Source: an uncultured Myxococcota bacterium (GTDB lineage Bacteria > Myxococcota_A > Polyangia > Polyangiales > Houyiibacteriaceae). From it: 36,088 bases of DNA. Below the pieces are notes generated by a model. That model worked only from the letters and a program-made list of their open reading frames with translations. It was not told where the DNA came from and did no database searches. Made by a program: the position numbers and the translations under genes. Numbering within the stretch: the first letter of the stretch is position 1; every line of letters begins with the position of its first letter. Shown one piece after another: positions 17,423-26,862 of the stretch. The DNA is taken from positions 1 to 36,088 of the forward strand of contig CAXMRM010000033.1 in assembly GCA_964196015.1 (NCBI GenBank), given 5' to 3'.

Positions 17423-19992
17423 AGCTCCCCCCTGATTCCCAGCGACGGAATGATCGGAAGCCCGAGCAACGGTGTCTGCTGGCTGAAGTCGAAGTTGTAA
17501 ATGATGCCCTCTTGGTTCTGCTGATTGTAGACATTCCGGATATCGAGGAACACTGCCAGCTTCCAGGTGTCGAAGACCCACTTCTTTTGGATGCGCACGT
17601 CGAGCTGATGGAACAGTGGGTTTCTCAGGGTGTTCACCCGGCCGTCGATCGGGATGTAGACGTCATTGAGCGCATCGTAAATCGAACCGATCACGGGAGT
17701 GTTAGGGTTGCCGCTGACGACGCGGACTGTTCCGCCGATCTCCCAGTTGCGCGGGAAGTTGTAGACGAACGCTGCGGTGAGAATGTGCGTCTGATCGAAG
17801 TCGAACAGTCTCCACGGCTCGAGCGGGCCGTCCTTACGCTCGCTTCGTGAGAGCGTGTACGAGAGATAGCCGAAGTACTTCCGGCCTGTGGCAGGTCGAA
17901 TGTGGACGCTGAACTCGGCGCCATAGATCCGCCCGATGCCACCGGTCACGTAGAAGGGCGCCTCGCCGTTGGGGGTCGTGAGCGGACGGTCCCAGAGGTA
18001 CTTGTAGAAGCCTTCGACGCCGAATCGTGCGCCAGGAAAGGCGTCATACTCCCAGCCGGCGCCCAGGTGGACCGCTTGGATCGGCTCGAGGTCGGGGTTG
18101 CCAATGCTAGCGTCAGACTCCTGGATCTCCGGCGGCTGGCTGAAGATACCCACGCCGAACTTGACCCGCATATCCTCGGCAACGGTGAAGATCGTGGTCA
18201 GGCGAGGGTCCACCGCAAACGCGGTGATGTCGCTGAAGTAGTCCATCCGAAGACCGAGGATGAGCTGCGTGAGCTTGCCTAACTGCATGCTGGACTCGAG
18301 ATAGACGCCGGGTCGGAACTGCGTGCTGTTCACATCGGCGAAGACCTGTTCTTCACCGGCTAACGACCCCTGCTGGCTGCCCGCGCCCTCCTGACCCCGC
18401 GGCTGCGGCCCGACGAACGTCAAGTCGATGGGTGCGATGTACACGTCCAAACCAGCAATGAGTCGGACCTTGTCGGTGATTTGATATCGCCACTCGCCTC
18501 GACCGTACGTTTGGATCAACGTGCCTTTCAGGCTGAACACATCGCCAAGGGCGAAGTTGATCTTGTTGGGCCCGACATTGAAGGACAGCTCCTGCTCGAC
18601 TTTGTCACCGACCCTGCGTGTCCAGTCGATCTGGTTGTTGTAGAAGCTAGTGGCGAGCTGCGTGTCGCCACGGATCGCAGGATCGTCGCCCGCCACTTCT
18701 TCTAGGATCAGCTCGAGACGGTCGTTCGACCCATATGCCGAGATGCGAACGCGGTCCCGCTTGCTGGGCACGAAGTTCAACTTGAACTGATAGTCGATGT
18801 AGACGGGGGCCTGCCGTACGCCAACGTCGTCGGGAAGCACCGCGGGCACGACGAGATCGATGAGGCTTCGCCGGAGGCCGCCAGAAATGCTGATCTTGTC
18901 GGTGATCGGGGCTTCGATGGTCACGAACGTGTCGATGACCGAGATCTCGGCCACGCCATGAATGCGATCTCGAGCCGGGTCCCGTGTCGTCACCTCCAAG
19001 ATGCCGCCGGTGCGCCGACCATAACGGACCGAGAAGTTACCCGGATAGAAGTCGATCCTCTCGAGCATGTACGAGTTGTAGACGCTGGTGAGGCCGCCGA
19101 AGTGGAAGATGAACGGCACCGGAACGCCGTCGATGAACGACTCGCTGTCTTGAGGCGCGGCGCCACGCACGATGAGCAAGCCGATGCCGAAGGGCGGCCT
19201 CGCAACACCGGGAAGAAGCTCCACGGCTCGCAGCGCGTCACCCCGGGTCCCTGGAATGCGCGTAAGTTCTTCCTTGTCGATCGTGCGCTTCACCACCTCG
19301 CGCGGCGGAGCGTCGATGACCGCAGTCGCGCCAAAGCCGCGGTAGGCCTCCTTTTTCGCTGTGCCCAGCCGGTAGATGACCTGCGTGACCTGTCCTGCGA
19401 CGAGCTCCTCCTCGACCTTCAGGTCACCATATTCGCCGCCCAAGATGTTGACCTCGTACTCACCCGGCTCGAGATCGGTTGCGACGAAGGTTCCGTCCGC
19501 TCCCGAAACGAGATCTCGAACGAGCCCGTCCCGCTCGTTGAAAATCTCGACTGCAACTGCGCGTGCAGGGCTGTCGTCCTCTGCGAGCAGCACCGTGCCG
19601 GATAGCCAACCCGTCGTGATCTCCTCGGGCGGCGCCTTGAGCTCGAAGACGTACCGGTAGCGAATGCGCGCGGCGATCGGTTCCCCGTCTTTGCGCGCGG
19701 GCTCGAAGACGAACTGACGGGCCGCTACCAGAGCGGCCTCATCGAACGCTTCCCCCGCGGACCTTGCGACGCTCACCTCGGTGACCAGGCCGTCCTTGCC
19801 GACCACGATGTCGAGCTCGACGGCAGCCTCCACGGGCTCTTCGCCCCCGGTTGGGGGATAGTCGGCCTCTACGAAGCGAATGAGCTTCGGCGGCGTGACG
19901 AGGGACTTCTTCTCCGCCTCAGGCGTCTCTTGCGCGTACGCACCGCTCGAAAGGACGCTCACGACCAGAAACGCACCAAGCAAGTGAAGCAC
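17419..19992 (-). CDS. TonB-dependent receptor with an N-terminal TonB C-terminal domain and a carboxypeptidase-regulatory-like domain
   Basis: Signal peptide, TonB_C (YPP...VGKDGLV...FDEAALVAARQFVFEPA), plug (IPGTRGDALRAVELLPGV, FYPGNFSVRYG) and beta-barrel ending LGIRGEL. The start is uncertain (19992 or 20025). Confidence 0.9.
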   Translation of the reverse strand: MLHLLGAFLVVSVLSSGAYAQETPEAEKKSLVTPPKLIRFVEADYPPTGGEEPVEAAVELDIVVGKDGLVTEVSVARSAGEAFDEAALVAARQFVFEPARKDGEPIAARIRYRYVFELKAPPEEITTGWLSGTVLLAEDDSPARAVAVEIFNERDGLVRDLVSGADGTFVATDLEPGEYEVNILGGEYGDLKVEEELVAGQVTQVIYRLGTAKKEAYRGFGATAVIDAPPREVVKRTIDKEELTRIPGTRGDALRAVELLPGVARPPFGIGLLIVRGAAPQDSESFIDGVPVPFIFHFGGLTSVYNSYMLERIDFYPGNFSVRYGRRTGGILEVTTRDPARDRIHGVAEISVIDTFVTIEAPITDKISISGGLRRSLIDLVVPAVLPDDVGVRQAPVYIDYQFKLNFVPSKRDRVRISAYGSNDRLELILEEVAGDDPAIRGDTQLATSFYNNQIDWTRRVGDKVEQELSFNVGPNKINFALGDVFSLKGTLIQTYGRGEWRYQITDKVRLIAGLDVYIAPIDLTFVGPQPRGQEGAGSQQGSLAGEEQVFADVNSTQFRPGVYLESSMQLGKLTQLILGLRMDYFSDITAFAVDPRLTTIFTVAEDMRVKFGVGIFSQPPEIQESDASIGNPDLEPIQAVHLGAGWEYDAFPGARFGVEGFYKYLWDRPLTTPNGEAPFYVTGGIGRIYGAEFSVHIRPATGRKYFGYLSYTLSRSERKDGPLEPWRLFDFDQTHILTAAFVYNFPRNWEIGGTVRVVSGNPNTPVIGSIYDALNDVYIPIDGRVNTLRNPLFHQLDVRIQKKWVFDTWKLAVFLDIRNVYNQQNQEGIIYNFDFSQQTPLLGLPIIPSLGIRGEL

Positions 19993-20059
19993 GGGCTCAG
20001 CATAGGAAGACCGCGTTACTCGCACAAATGGAACGGACGGCGCCCAACTACCGGAAAGC

Positions 20060-20380
20060 TCAACGTGAGGAACGAACCGCCTGCAGCCACTCACCACTGA
20101 GCACGAACTTCGGAAACTTATAGAACTGCTCGGAGAAGATCCGTTTGACGAAGTCACCGGGGCCGTCGAACGGCAGTGGCGGATTCGGCTCCAGCTTGTG
20201 ACCTACACCCTGGACGGCGATGGAGACCAGCGGCGCTAGCATTCCGAGCGCCGCACCGACCCATTGGCCGTGAAGCAATGACCAGACCGCATACAGAACT
20301 CCCAGCACGAACAGAGGCACCACGACGATGTGCAGGAGCAGGTTCGTCTTGTTCTTGTGGGAGTGCGGGTAGTCCTGCAT
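20060..20380 (-). CDS. Mpo1-like / DUF962 small membrane protein
   Basis: YPHSHKNKTNLLLHIVVVP and QGVGHKLE.NPP His motifs. Start uncertain (20380, 20404 or 20428). Confidence 0.78.
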   Translation of the reverse strand: MQDYPHSHKNKTNLLLHIVVVPLFVLGVLYAVWSLLHGQWVGAALGMLAPLVSIAVQGVGHKLEPNPPLPFDGPGDFVKRIFSEQFYKFPKFVLSGEWLQAVRSSR

Positions 20381-20415
20381 GGCGCGAGGGTGCACCACTG
20401 ACATCGCCGAGGCCA

Positions 20416-20643
20416 GGATCGACCTCACGGTTGTTCAGAGCCGGAGCTGGCAGCTCGGTGTGTTCCGCGAAGAACATGTCTGAACCGTCGTTGTCGTTGC
20501 AGTTGGAGGTCGATTCCAGTTTTAGCAAAATCCACGACGACGAGGGCCAACACACCCTGCTTGGATAGGAGTCGAATGGCGCTCTCGCCGTCTCGAACGG
20601 CTTCGAGGTCAGGACCGCTGGGCCCCAGAGATTGTCTCAGCGG
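20416..20643 (+). ncRNA. Candidate structured RNA or cis-regulatory element, unassigned
   Basis: Several nested stems whose G-U pairs all favour the + strand (see findings). It matches no RNA family I recognise. Confidence 0.3.
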
Positions 20644-20728
20644 CGCGCCCGTGTCGAGATCGTGATTCGTCCGTGGCAGTCGTGTGTCGGAGCGGGGCGC
20701 TTGGATGTGACGCGGGGTCGTCGCTCGG

Positions 20729-20748
20729 CTGTCACACAGCTGTCACAT
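20729..20748 (+). promoter_or_regulatory. PHO box upstream of pstS
   Basis: CTGTCAC-ACAG-CTGTCAC direct repeat with 11-bp period, matching the PhoB consensus. Confidence 0.88.
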
Positions 20749-20784
20749 GGGGGTCTCAAAGTCGGGGCGATCGGAGCAAGTACA

Positions 20785-21693
20785 TTGAAAAAAGCGAAGC
20801 AAAATCATTGGGTTTTTCTGATTCTCACAGCGGCGCTTGCGCTGTCGTCGTGCACCTCGGGCAAGAACCAGCAGGACGGTGAAGGCTCCAAAAGCGAGAC
20901 GCGAAGGAGCTCGACGCTGACCATCAAGGGCTCGGACACGATGGTGATTCTCGCGCAGACTTGGGCGCAGGCCTTCATGAAGGCCAACCCGGGCAAGGTG
21001 CTCCAGGTTTCCGGCGGTGGCTCAGGCACCGGGATCGCCGCATTGATCAACGGCACCGCAGACCTCGCAAACGCGAGCCGGCCGATCAAGGACAAAGAAA
21101 TAAAGCAAGTCGTCAAACGCCGTGGCGCGGAGGCTCAGGAGTTCCGTGTCGCGCTGGACTCCCTGGCTGTGTACGTCCCGGCCACGAGCAAGATCGAATC
21201 GCTCACGATTCCTCAGCTCAAGAAAATCTTCCGAGGCCAAACGACGAACTGGAAAGACGTTGGCGGTGAGGACAGGCCCATCATCCTGTACAGCCGGGAA
21301 AACAACTCGGGCACGTACGCCTACTTCAAGGAACACGTCCTCGACGACGAAGACTTCGCCGCGACGGCACAAACCCTGCCGGGTACCGCTGCAGTCATCC
21401 ACGCGGTGAGCAAGGATCCGGCCGGTATCGGGTATGGCGGAATCGCCTATTCCAAAGGCGTCCGCACTGTCCAAGTAGCCCCGGCCGACGGTGAGCCGGT
21501 CGAGCCCACCATGGAAAACGCCACCAGCGGCAAATACCCGCTGTCGCGCTTCCTCAACATCTACAGCGTCGGGGAACCCTCCGGGATCGCCAAGGAGTAC
21601 CTCGACTTCGTGCTCTCGGCCAAAGGCCAGGACATCGTCGAAGGGGTCGGCTACTACCCGCTTCCAAAGGAAGCCGCCGCGGCTGCGGAGTGA
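20785..21693 (+). CDS. pstS: Phosphate ABC transporter substrate-binding lipoprotein
   Basis: TTG start after GGAG, LSSC lipobox, KGSDTM, GGGSGTGIAAL, ASR, SRENNSGT and YPLSR. Confidence 0.93.
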   Translation: MKKAKQNHWVFLILTAALALSSCTSGKNQQDGEGSKSETRRSSTLTIKGSDTMVILAQTWAQAFMKANPGKVLQVSGGGSGTGIAALINGTADLANASRPIKDKEIKQVVKRRGAEAQEFRVALDSLAVYVPATSKIESLTIPQLKKIFRGQTTNWKDVGGEDRPIILYSRENNSGTYAYFKEHVLDDEDFAATAQTLPGTAAVIHAVSKDPAGIGYGGIAYSKGVRTVQVAPADGEPVEPTMENATSGKYPLSRFLNIYSVGEPSGIAKEYLDFVLSAKGQDIVEGVGYYPLPKEAAAAAE

Positions 21694-22733
21694 CGGAGCA
21701 AACGCTCGACGCAGGGGAACGCGCCCACGCCCCGAAGACCCGGCGGCGAATCACCCTCCGTCCGCGTCGGGCGAGAGCCAAGTTGTCGAGCTCGTTTCGC
21801 ACGCCGTTGTGGCATCGCGTTGCGGAACGCATGATTGCGGTGCTCGCGCTTGGCGCGATCGCCGCAATCGCGCTGATCTTCATCTTCATCGCGCGCGAAG
21901 CGGCTCCGATGCTCTGGGAAGCGGAGTTCGCGGAAGAGGTCGAGCTTGGAGACCTCTTTTTCGCGAAGCAATGGAAGGGCTACGACGAGCCGGTCTTCGT
22001 TTGGCAGCCGGTCGGCGAGCCCGTGAAGTTCAACGTGGTTCCGCTCTTCGTCGGGTCGCTCAAGGTGACCTTGCTCGCCATGTTGATGAGCGTTCCACTC
22101 GGAATCGGCTGCGCGATGTTCGTTGCGCTCTATGCGCCGAGGGCCGTTCGCGAGGTCGTGAAACCCGCAATCGAGCTCTTGGCCGGCATCCCATCGGTCG
22201 TGCTTGGCTTCTTCGCCCTGATGGTGCTCGCTTCGTGGGCGCAGGCCACTTTCGGGTTTCATTTTCGATTGAATGCGGTCGTAGCTGCGATCGGATTGGC
22301 GCTTACGATCGTGCCGGTGATCTTCACCATCTCTGAAGACGCGATCCAAGGCGTTCCGCACACTCTTACGGAAGCGGCGCTCGCGCTCGGAGCACGAAAA
22401 TATCAGGTCGCGCTGCGGGTCGTGCTCCCTGCGGCATTGCCCGGCATCGCCGCAGGCGTCGTCTTGGGTTTTGGTCGCGCGATGGGTGAAACCATGATCG
22501 TGCTGATGGCCTCGGGCAACGCTGCCGTCGTAGAGCTATTCGACTTCACGACCAGCGTGCGAACCGTCACCGCGACGATCGCCGCCGAGCTCGGAGAGGT
22601 CGCACAGGGCGATCCTCATTGGCGCGTACTGTTCTTACTCGGCGTGATGCTTTTCGCCGTCACGTTCGTCCTCAACATCGTCGGCGACGTGGTCATCAAG
22701 CGACTCCAGAGGAAACTGACGGCGTCGCCATGA
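21690..22733 (+). CDS. pstC: Phosphate ABC transporter permease
   Basis: ELLAGIPSVVLGFF, EAALALGA and GRAMGETM; operon position. Confidence 0.94.
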   Translation: MTEQTLDAGERAHAPKTRRRITLRPRRARAKLSSSFRTPLWHRVAERMIAVLALGAIAAIALIFIFIAREAAPMLWEAEFAEEVELGDLFFAKQWKGYDEPVFVWQPVGEPVKFNVVPLFVGSLKVTLLAMLMSVPLGIGCAMFVALYAPRAVREVVKPAIELLAGIPSVVLGFFALMVLASWAQATFGFHFRLNAVVAAIGLALTIVPVIFTISEDAIQGVPHTLTEAALALGARKYQVALRVVLPAALPGIAAGVVLGFGRAMGETMIVLMASGNAAVVELFDFTTSVRTVTATIAAELGEVAQGDPHWRVLFLLGVMLFAVTFVLNIVGDVVIKRLQRKLTASP

Positions 22734-23629
22734 GGAACACCAACAAAGACTGGCTGCTTGCCGGACTGACCGGAATCTCGCTCGGGATCGTCCTATTGCT
22801 TCTGGCGGTGCTGCTCGGCCAGATCATCTGGCAGGGGGCTCCCGTCATCTCGCGGGAATTTCTCACCGAGAGCCCGGGCGCAGACATGATTAGCGGCGGG
22901 ATTTGGCCGGCGATCTACGGCACCGTTTTCATGACGCTACTCATGACCATTGCCGGCGTGCCCGTCGGCATCGCAACGGCGATCTTCCTGAACGAATACG
23001 CATCCCCGCATTCACGAACCGCCAAGTTGGTGCGCATCGCAGTCAACAATCTGGCGGGTGTTCCTTCGATCGTGTTTGGCCTGTTCGGGCTGGGCTTCTT
23101 CATCATTTTCGTCGGGGGAGGCATAGACTCGCTGCTCTACGACGACGCGACCCCAGTCTGGGGTAAGCCCTCGATTCTCTGGGCATCGCTGACCCTCGCG
23201 GTGCTGACCCTGCCCGTGGTGATCGTCACCACCGAGGAAGCCCTGAGAAGGGTCCCTCGCGACATCCGCGACGCATCGCTGGCCCTCGGCGCGACCCGAT
23301 TTCAGACCGTCTACAAGATCGTCCTCCCCAACGCGAAGGGCGGGATCCTGACGGGCGTGATCCTCGCGGTGAGCCGCGGCGCCGGCGAGGTCGCTCCGAT
23401 CATCTTTTGCGGCGCGGCAAATTTCCTTCCCTATCTGCCGACCGATCCGCGCGACATGTTCATGCACCTCGGCTATCACGTGTACGCGTTGGCCACGCAG
23501 TCACCAAACGTCGACGCAGCGCAGCCGACCCTTTTTGGCACGGTGCTCGTATTGCTCATGCTGACGTTCTCGCTCAACCTGCTGGCGGTGATCATTCGCG
23601 CGCGTTCTCGAGCGGCACTCCGACCATGA
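22730..23629 (+). CDS. pstA: Phosphate ABC transporter permease
   Basis: [24 protein letters not shown] and [13 protein letters not shown] overlap with pstC. Confidence 0.94.
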   Translation: MRNTNKDWLLAGLTGISLGIVLLLLAVLLGQIIWQGAPVISREFLTESPGADMISGGIWPAIYGTVFMTLLMTIAGVPVGIATAIFLNEYASPHSRTAKLVRIAVNNLAGVPSIVFGLFGLGFFIIFVGGGIDSLLYDDATPVWGKPSILWASLTLAVLTLPVVIVTTEEALRRVPRDIRDASLALGATRFQTVYKIVLPNAKGGILTGVILAVSRGAGEVAPIIFCGAANFLPYLPTDPRDMFMHLGYHVYALATQSPNVDAAQPTLFGTVLVLLMLTFSLNLLAVIIRARSRAALRP

Positions 23630-24417
23630 GCGAATCTAAAGAAGCGGTCGCCGAAGCGCCTACGAACGTGAAGATGGAGACGCGGAACGTCAACGTCTTC
23701 TACGACAGCAACCAGGCCATCCGAGACGTCGACTTCGATATCGTCGATCGCAGCGTCACGGCGCTGATCGGGCCGTCGGGCTGCGGCAAGAGCACCTACC
23801 TACGCGTGCTCAACCGAATGAACGACACGATCGACAGCTGCCGTGTAGAGGGGGACATTCTTCTCGACGGGGAGAACATCTACGGCCGAGGAGTCGACGC
23901 GGTGGAGGTCCGCCGCCGAGTCGGCATGGTGTTCCAGAAGTCGAACCCCTTCCCGAAGTCGGTCTTCGACAACGTGGCATTCGGGCTCCGGATCGGCGGC
24001 GAGAAAGACAAAGACATCATCGCCCAGCGGGTCGAGGAATCTCTCAAAGGCGCCGCACTCTGGGACGAGGTGAAAGACCGGCTTCAGAGCTCCGCGCTGG
24101 GGCTATCGGGCGGGCAGCAACAACGCCTGTGCATCGCGCGATGCCTTGCGGTCTGGCCGGAAGTGATTTTGATGGACGAGCCTGCCTCGGCGCTCGACCC
24201 GATCGCCACCGCCAAAATCGAAGAGCTGATTCGCGAGCTGCGGGAGCAGTACACGATCGTGATCGTCACCCACTCGATGCAACAGGCCGCGCGGGTCAGT
24301 GATTTCACCGCGTTTTTCTACATGGGAGAACTCATCGAGCATGGCATGACCGAGACTATGTTCACACGCCCAACGAAAAAGCGTACTGAAGAGTATATTT
24401 CCGGTAGGTTTGGATAA
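23626..24417 (+). CDS. pstB: Phosphate ABC transporter ATP-binding protein
   Basis: [37 protein letters not shown] and EYISGRFG. Confidence 0.96.
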   Translation: MSESKEAVAEAPTNVKMETRNVNVFYDSNQAIRDVDFDIVDRSVTALIGPSGCGKSTYLRVLNRMNDTIDSCRVEGDILLDGENIYGRGVDAVEVRRRVGMVFQKSNPFPKSVFDNVAFGLRIGGEKDKDIIAQRVEESLKGAALWDEVKDRLQSSALGLSGGQQQRLCIARCLAVWPEVILMDEPASALDPIATAKIEELIRELREQYTIVIVTHSMQQAARVSDFTAFFYMGELIEHGMTETMFTRPTKKRTEEYISGRFG

Positions 24418-25109
24418 TGGCGCGCTCAAGCCGACCGATGCGGACACACACCCATCAGGAATTCGAGGCCGAGCTGCGCAATCTGAAGGATCGGCTCCTG
24501 GCGATGGGCGGCCGATGTGAACAGATGATCGGCACTGCGGTTCGTGCGTTCGAAGACCGAGACGAGGTGCTGGCCCGCGAGGTCATGGAAGCGGACCGCA
24601 AAATGAACGAAGACGAGGTCGCGGTCGACGACATGGCGGTACGGATTTTCGCGCTTCGTCAGCCGGTCGGGCGTGACCTTCGGTTTGCCGTGGCTGCGGT
24701 GAAGGCCTCGACCGACCTCGAGCGGATAGGGGACGAGGCGGTCAACATCGCCGAGCGCGCGGTCGAGATGGAGCCTGCGGAGCGCCTCAGCCCGCCCGGC
24801 TCCAAGCTCCCGGAAATGGCACAACGAGCCGGAGCGATGCTGCGGGATTCGCTGAATGCGCTCGTCGAGGAAGACGCGAACAAGGCGCGCAACGTCTTCG
24901 AGCAGGACGACGCGGTCGACGATCTCTATGGCGAAGTGATGCGGCTGTGCCTCGACTACATGAAGAACGATCCATCACGCATCCCTGATGGCATGCGGAT
25001 TTGCAACTGCGCAAAATACCTGGAGCGCATTGCAGATCACGCGACCAACATCGCAGAGCTGGTGGTCTTCCTCGTCGAGGGTCGCGACGTCCGCCACGGC
25101 CGCGGCTGA
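24417..25109 (+). CDS. phoU: Phosphate signalling complex protein
   Basis: RQPVGRDLR, DLERIGD and YLERIADHATNIAE. The start may be 24438. Confidence 0.95.
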   Translation: MARSSRPMRTHTHQEFEAELRNLKDRLLAMGGRCEQMIGTAVRAFEDRDEVLAREVMEADRKMNEDEVAVDDMAVRIFALRQPVGRDLRFAVAAVKASTDLERIGDEAVNIAERAVEMEPAERLSPPGSKLPEMAQRAGAMLRDSLNALVEEDANKARNVFEQDDAVDDLYGEVMRLCLDYMKNDPSRIPDGMRICNCAKYLERIADHATNIAELVVFLVEGRDVRHGRG

Positions 25110-25119
25110 GCACTCGCCA

Positions 25120-25443
25120 TCAAGGGTACCCGGTCGGCGGAAGCATCACGTCCGGAGGCAGGCACTCGAATACCTTGCCGGTGACCACCATGGTCATCCC
25201 ATCCTCCAGGTCCGGGTGCGCGGGTTGCAACCGAGCGTGCGTCGCGCCCCGTTCCGCGGCTTGATCGAGCGCATCTGCTTTGGCGTGCTCTGCATTGCCG
25301 CCGACGCCCTCGATGACACCCAGCTTCTTGCAGCGCTTGGGCTCCGCCTTTACCAGCACGATGTCCCGAGCCGATTCGGCCGGCTTGGCGGGTGTGCACG
25401 CCGCCACGAGACAGCAGGTGAGAACGACGGCTAGGCGCAGCAA
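25120..25443 (-). CDS. Small outer-membrane lipoprotein (DUF4156-like)
   Basis: TTG start 1 nt after the porin stop, LVAAC lipobox, CKKLGVIEG...QAAERGATH...GKVFEC pattern. Confidence 0.6.
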   Translation of the reverse strand: MLRLAVVLTCCLVAACTPAKPAESARDIVLVKAEPKRCKKLGVIEGVGGNAEHAKADALDQAAERGATHARLQPAHPDLEDGMTMVVTGKVFECLPPDVMLPPTGYP

Positions 25444-25444
25444 G

Positions 25445-26809
25445 TTAGAGCGAGGCCTGCAGCTGCAAGCGGAAGGTCGTGGCTCCCTCGTCGAACCTGT
25501 TCTCCCAGATCTGCGACACATCGGCCTGGATCTTGAAGGGATGCCGGGCGAAATACCAGCTCGTCGAGAATGTCAGCCCGTAGCTGTCTTTGAGGCTCGT
25601 CGGCGACCTGAGGGCCTGGATGATGGCCCCACGGCCGGCGAGCTCGAATGGCGTGCTCGGGATCAAGTAACCGGCTTGGAGCATCCAGCCGAGGCCGTTG
25701 CGCGGCGCGGTGGGTTCGATCGGATTGCCGTCGGCGTCCATCGTGATGTCGCCGATATTCCGGGTGCCCGTGCGGAAGGCGAACGAGCTGAGCGCCGAAA
25801 AGCCACGCGCTTTGAACACCACGTCCACGTACGCGAAATGGTAGTCGGCCGTGCCGCCATCCGCGAAGGATGCGCCGATCATGCCGCGGTCCCGCTCGGC
25901 GTTATCGAAGAACGAGTACGTCGCACCGATCGAGAGCCGCGGTTTGGTGCGGGCGAAGTCTACCTCGCTGTAGTCACGAAAGATCCCCAGCGGGAGATAC
26001 TCGATGCGCGCCAGGTACACCATTCCGAAGTCCGTGAGCTGGAAGTTGTCGAGCCCATTGCCCATCGAAACGCCAAGTACGTATCGCATCTTGTTCTTGC
26101 CCAGGAAATCCCTCGATCGGATGTCGATGCCCATGTCTCGATCGAGAGTGAACTCCGAGTTGACACGAGAGCGATCGACCATCTGCAGGTTGCCCGACGA
26201 GATCACGCGCTCCTGGTTCGACGAGATCTTGTACTGTCCGACTCGAACTTGAATGTCCCTGTTCTTGGTGAAATCCAGATAGTAATCGAGGACGACGTTG
26301 TCCTTGCGAAGCGGGTCGATCTCGAGCTTGAACTGGTTGTGCTCGCCGAAAGCGTGGCCCTGGAAAACAAAGCGGGCGCGGCGAAGTCGGAAGTCGTTCA
26401 ACAGCTCATCGGGCTCGTCCGCATCTGGCGGTCCGGGGTCGCCATGGATGAGCGTGTAGAGGAGCTGAACACGAACGCGGATTCGCAGCTGGAAGTTGTC
26501 GTCAGCACTATTGATCTCGACACCCTTGCCCGGCCTGAACTGGACGTCCCCGCTGTCAACGGGGTGATCGGCCATCATTTCGTCTTCGCCCTTGGGGTGC
26601 AGTGGCTCGCCGGGGACTCTTTCCTCGGCTTCTGCTTCCTGGTCCGTCTCTGATGCAGGGTCGTATTCGCGTACCTTCGGCTCGGGCGGCGGGATGACGA
26701 TCACCGTCGTCCCTTCGGGCGTCTCAGCCTCTTCGGCGAAAGCGGTGGTGGCAACACTCAGCGCGACGAACGCAACGAGCGTGTGGTAAATGAAGCGTGC
26801 AGGTGTCAT
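25445..26809 (-). CDS. Phosphate-selective porin (OprO/OprP-like)
   Basis: Signal peptide, FRLRRARF, VRVGQYK, SSGNLQMVDRS and terminal strand FRLQLQASL. Located in the pho cluster with a PHO box. Confidence 0.85.
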   Translation of the reverse strand: MTPARFIYHTLVAFVALSVATTAFAEEAETPEGTTVIVIPPPEPKVREYDPASETDQEAEAEERVPGEPLHPKGEDEMMADHPVDSGDVQFRPGKGVEINSADDNFQLRIRVRVQLLYTLIHGDPGPPDADEPDELLNDFRLRRARFVFQGHAFGEHNQFKLEIDPLRKDNVVLDYYLDFTKNRDIQVRVGQYKISSNQERVISSGNLQMVDRSRVNSEFTLDRDMGIDIRSRDFLGKNKMRYVLGVSMGNGLDNFQLTDFGMVYLARIEYLPLGIFRDYSEVDFARTKPRLSIGATYSFFDNAERDRGMIGASFADGGTADYHFAYVDVVFKARGFSALSSFAFRTGTRNIGDITMDADGNPIEPTAPRNGLGWMLQAGYLIPSTPFELAGRGAIIQALRSPTSLKDSYGLTFSTSWYFARHPFKIQADVSQIWENRFDEGATTFRLQLQASL

Positions 26810-26831
26810 TTGACTGCTTGTTACGAGCTGA

Positions 26832-26862
26832 ATGTGTCAGGGTCGTGACACGCGTGTGTCGC
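26832..26862 (-). promoter_or_regulatory. PHO box array upstream of the porin, overlapping the phoR stop codon
   Basis: Minus strand GCGACAC-ACGC-GTGTCAC-GACC-CTGACAC: three half-sites at 11-bp period. Confidence 0.72.

Noticed and set aside
20605-20625. GGTCAGGACCG resembling the SRP RNA core
   Set aside because: The required downstream GAAGG-AGCAGC is absent.
20000-20640. Cobalamin or other known riboswitch ahead of the TonB-dependent receptor
   Set aside because: No B12-box or GCCACTG/GGGAAG elements on the minus strand, and a DUF962 gene intervenes.
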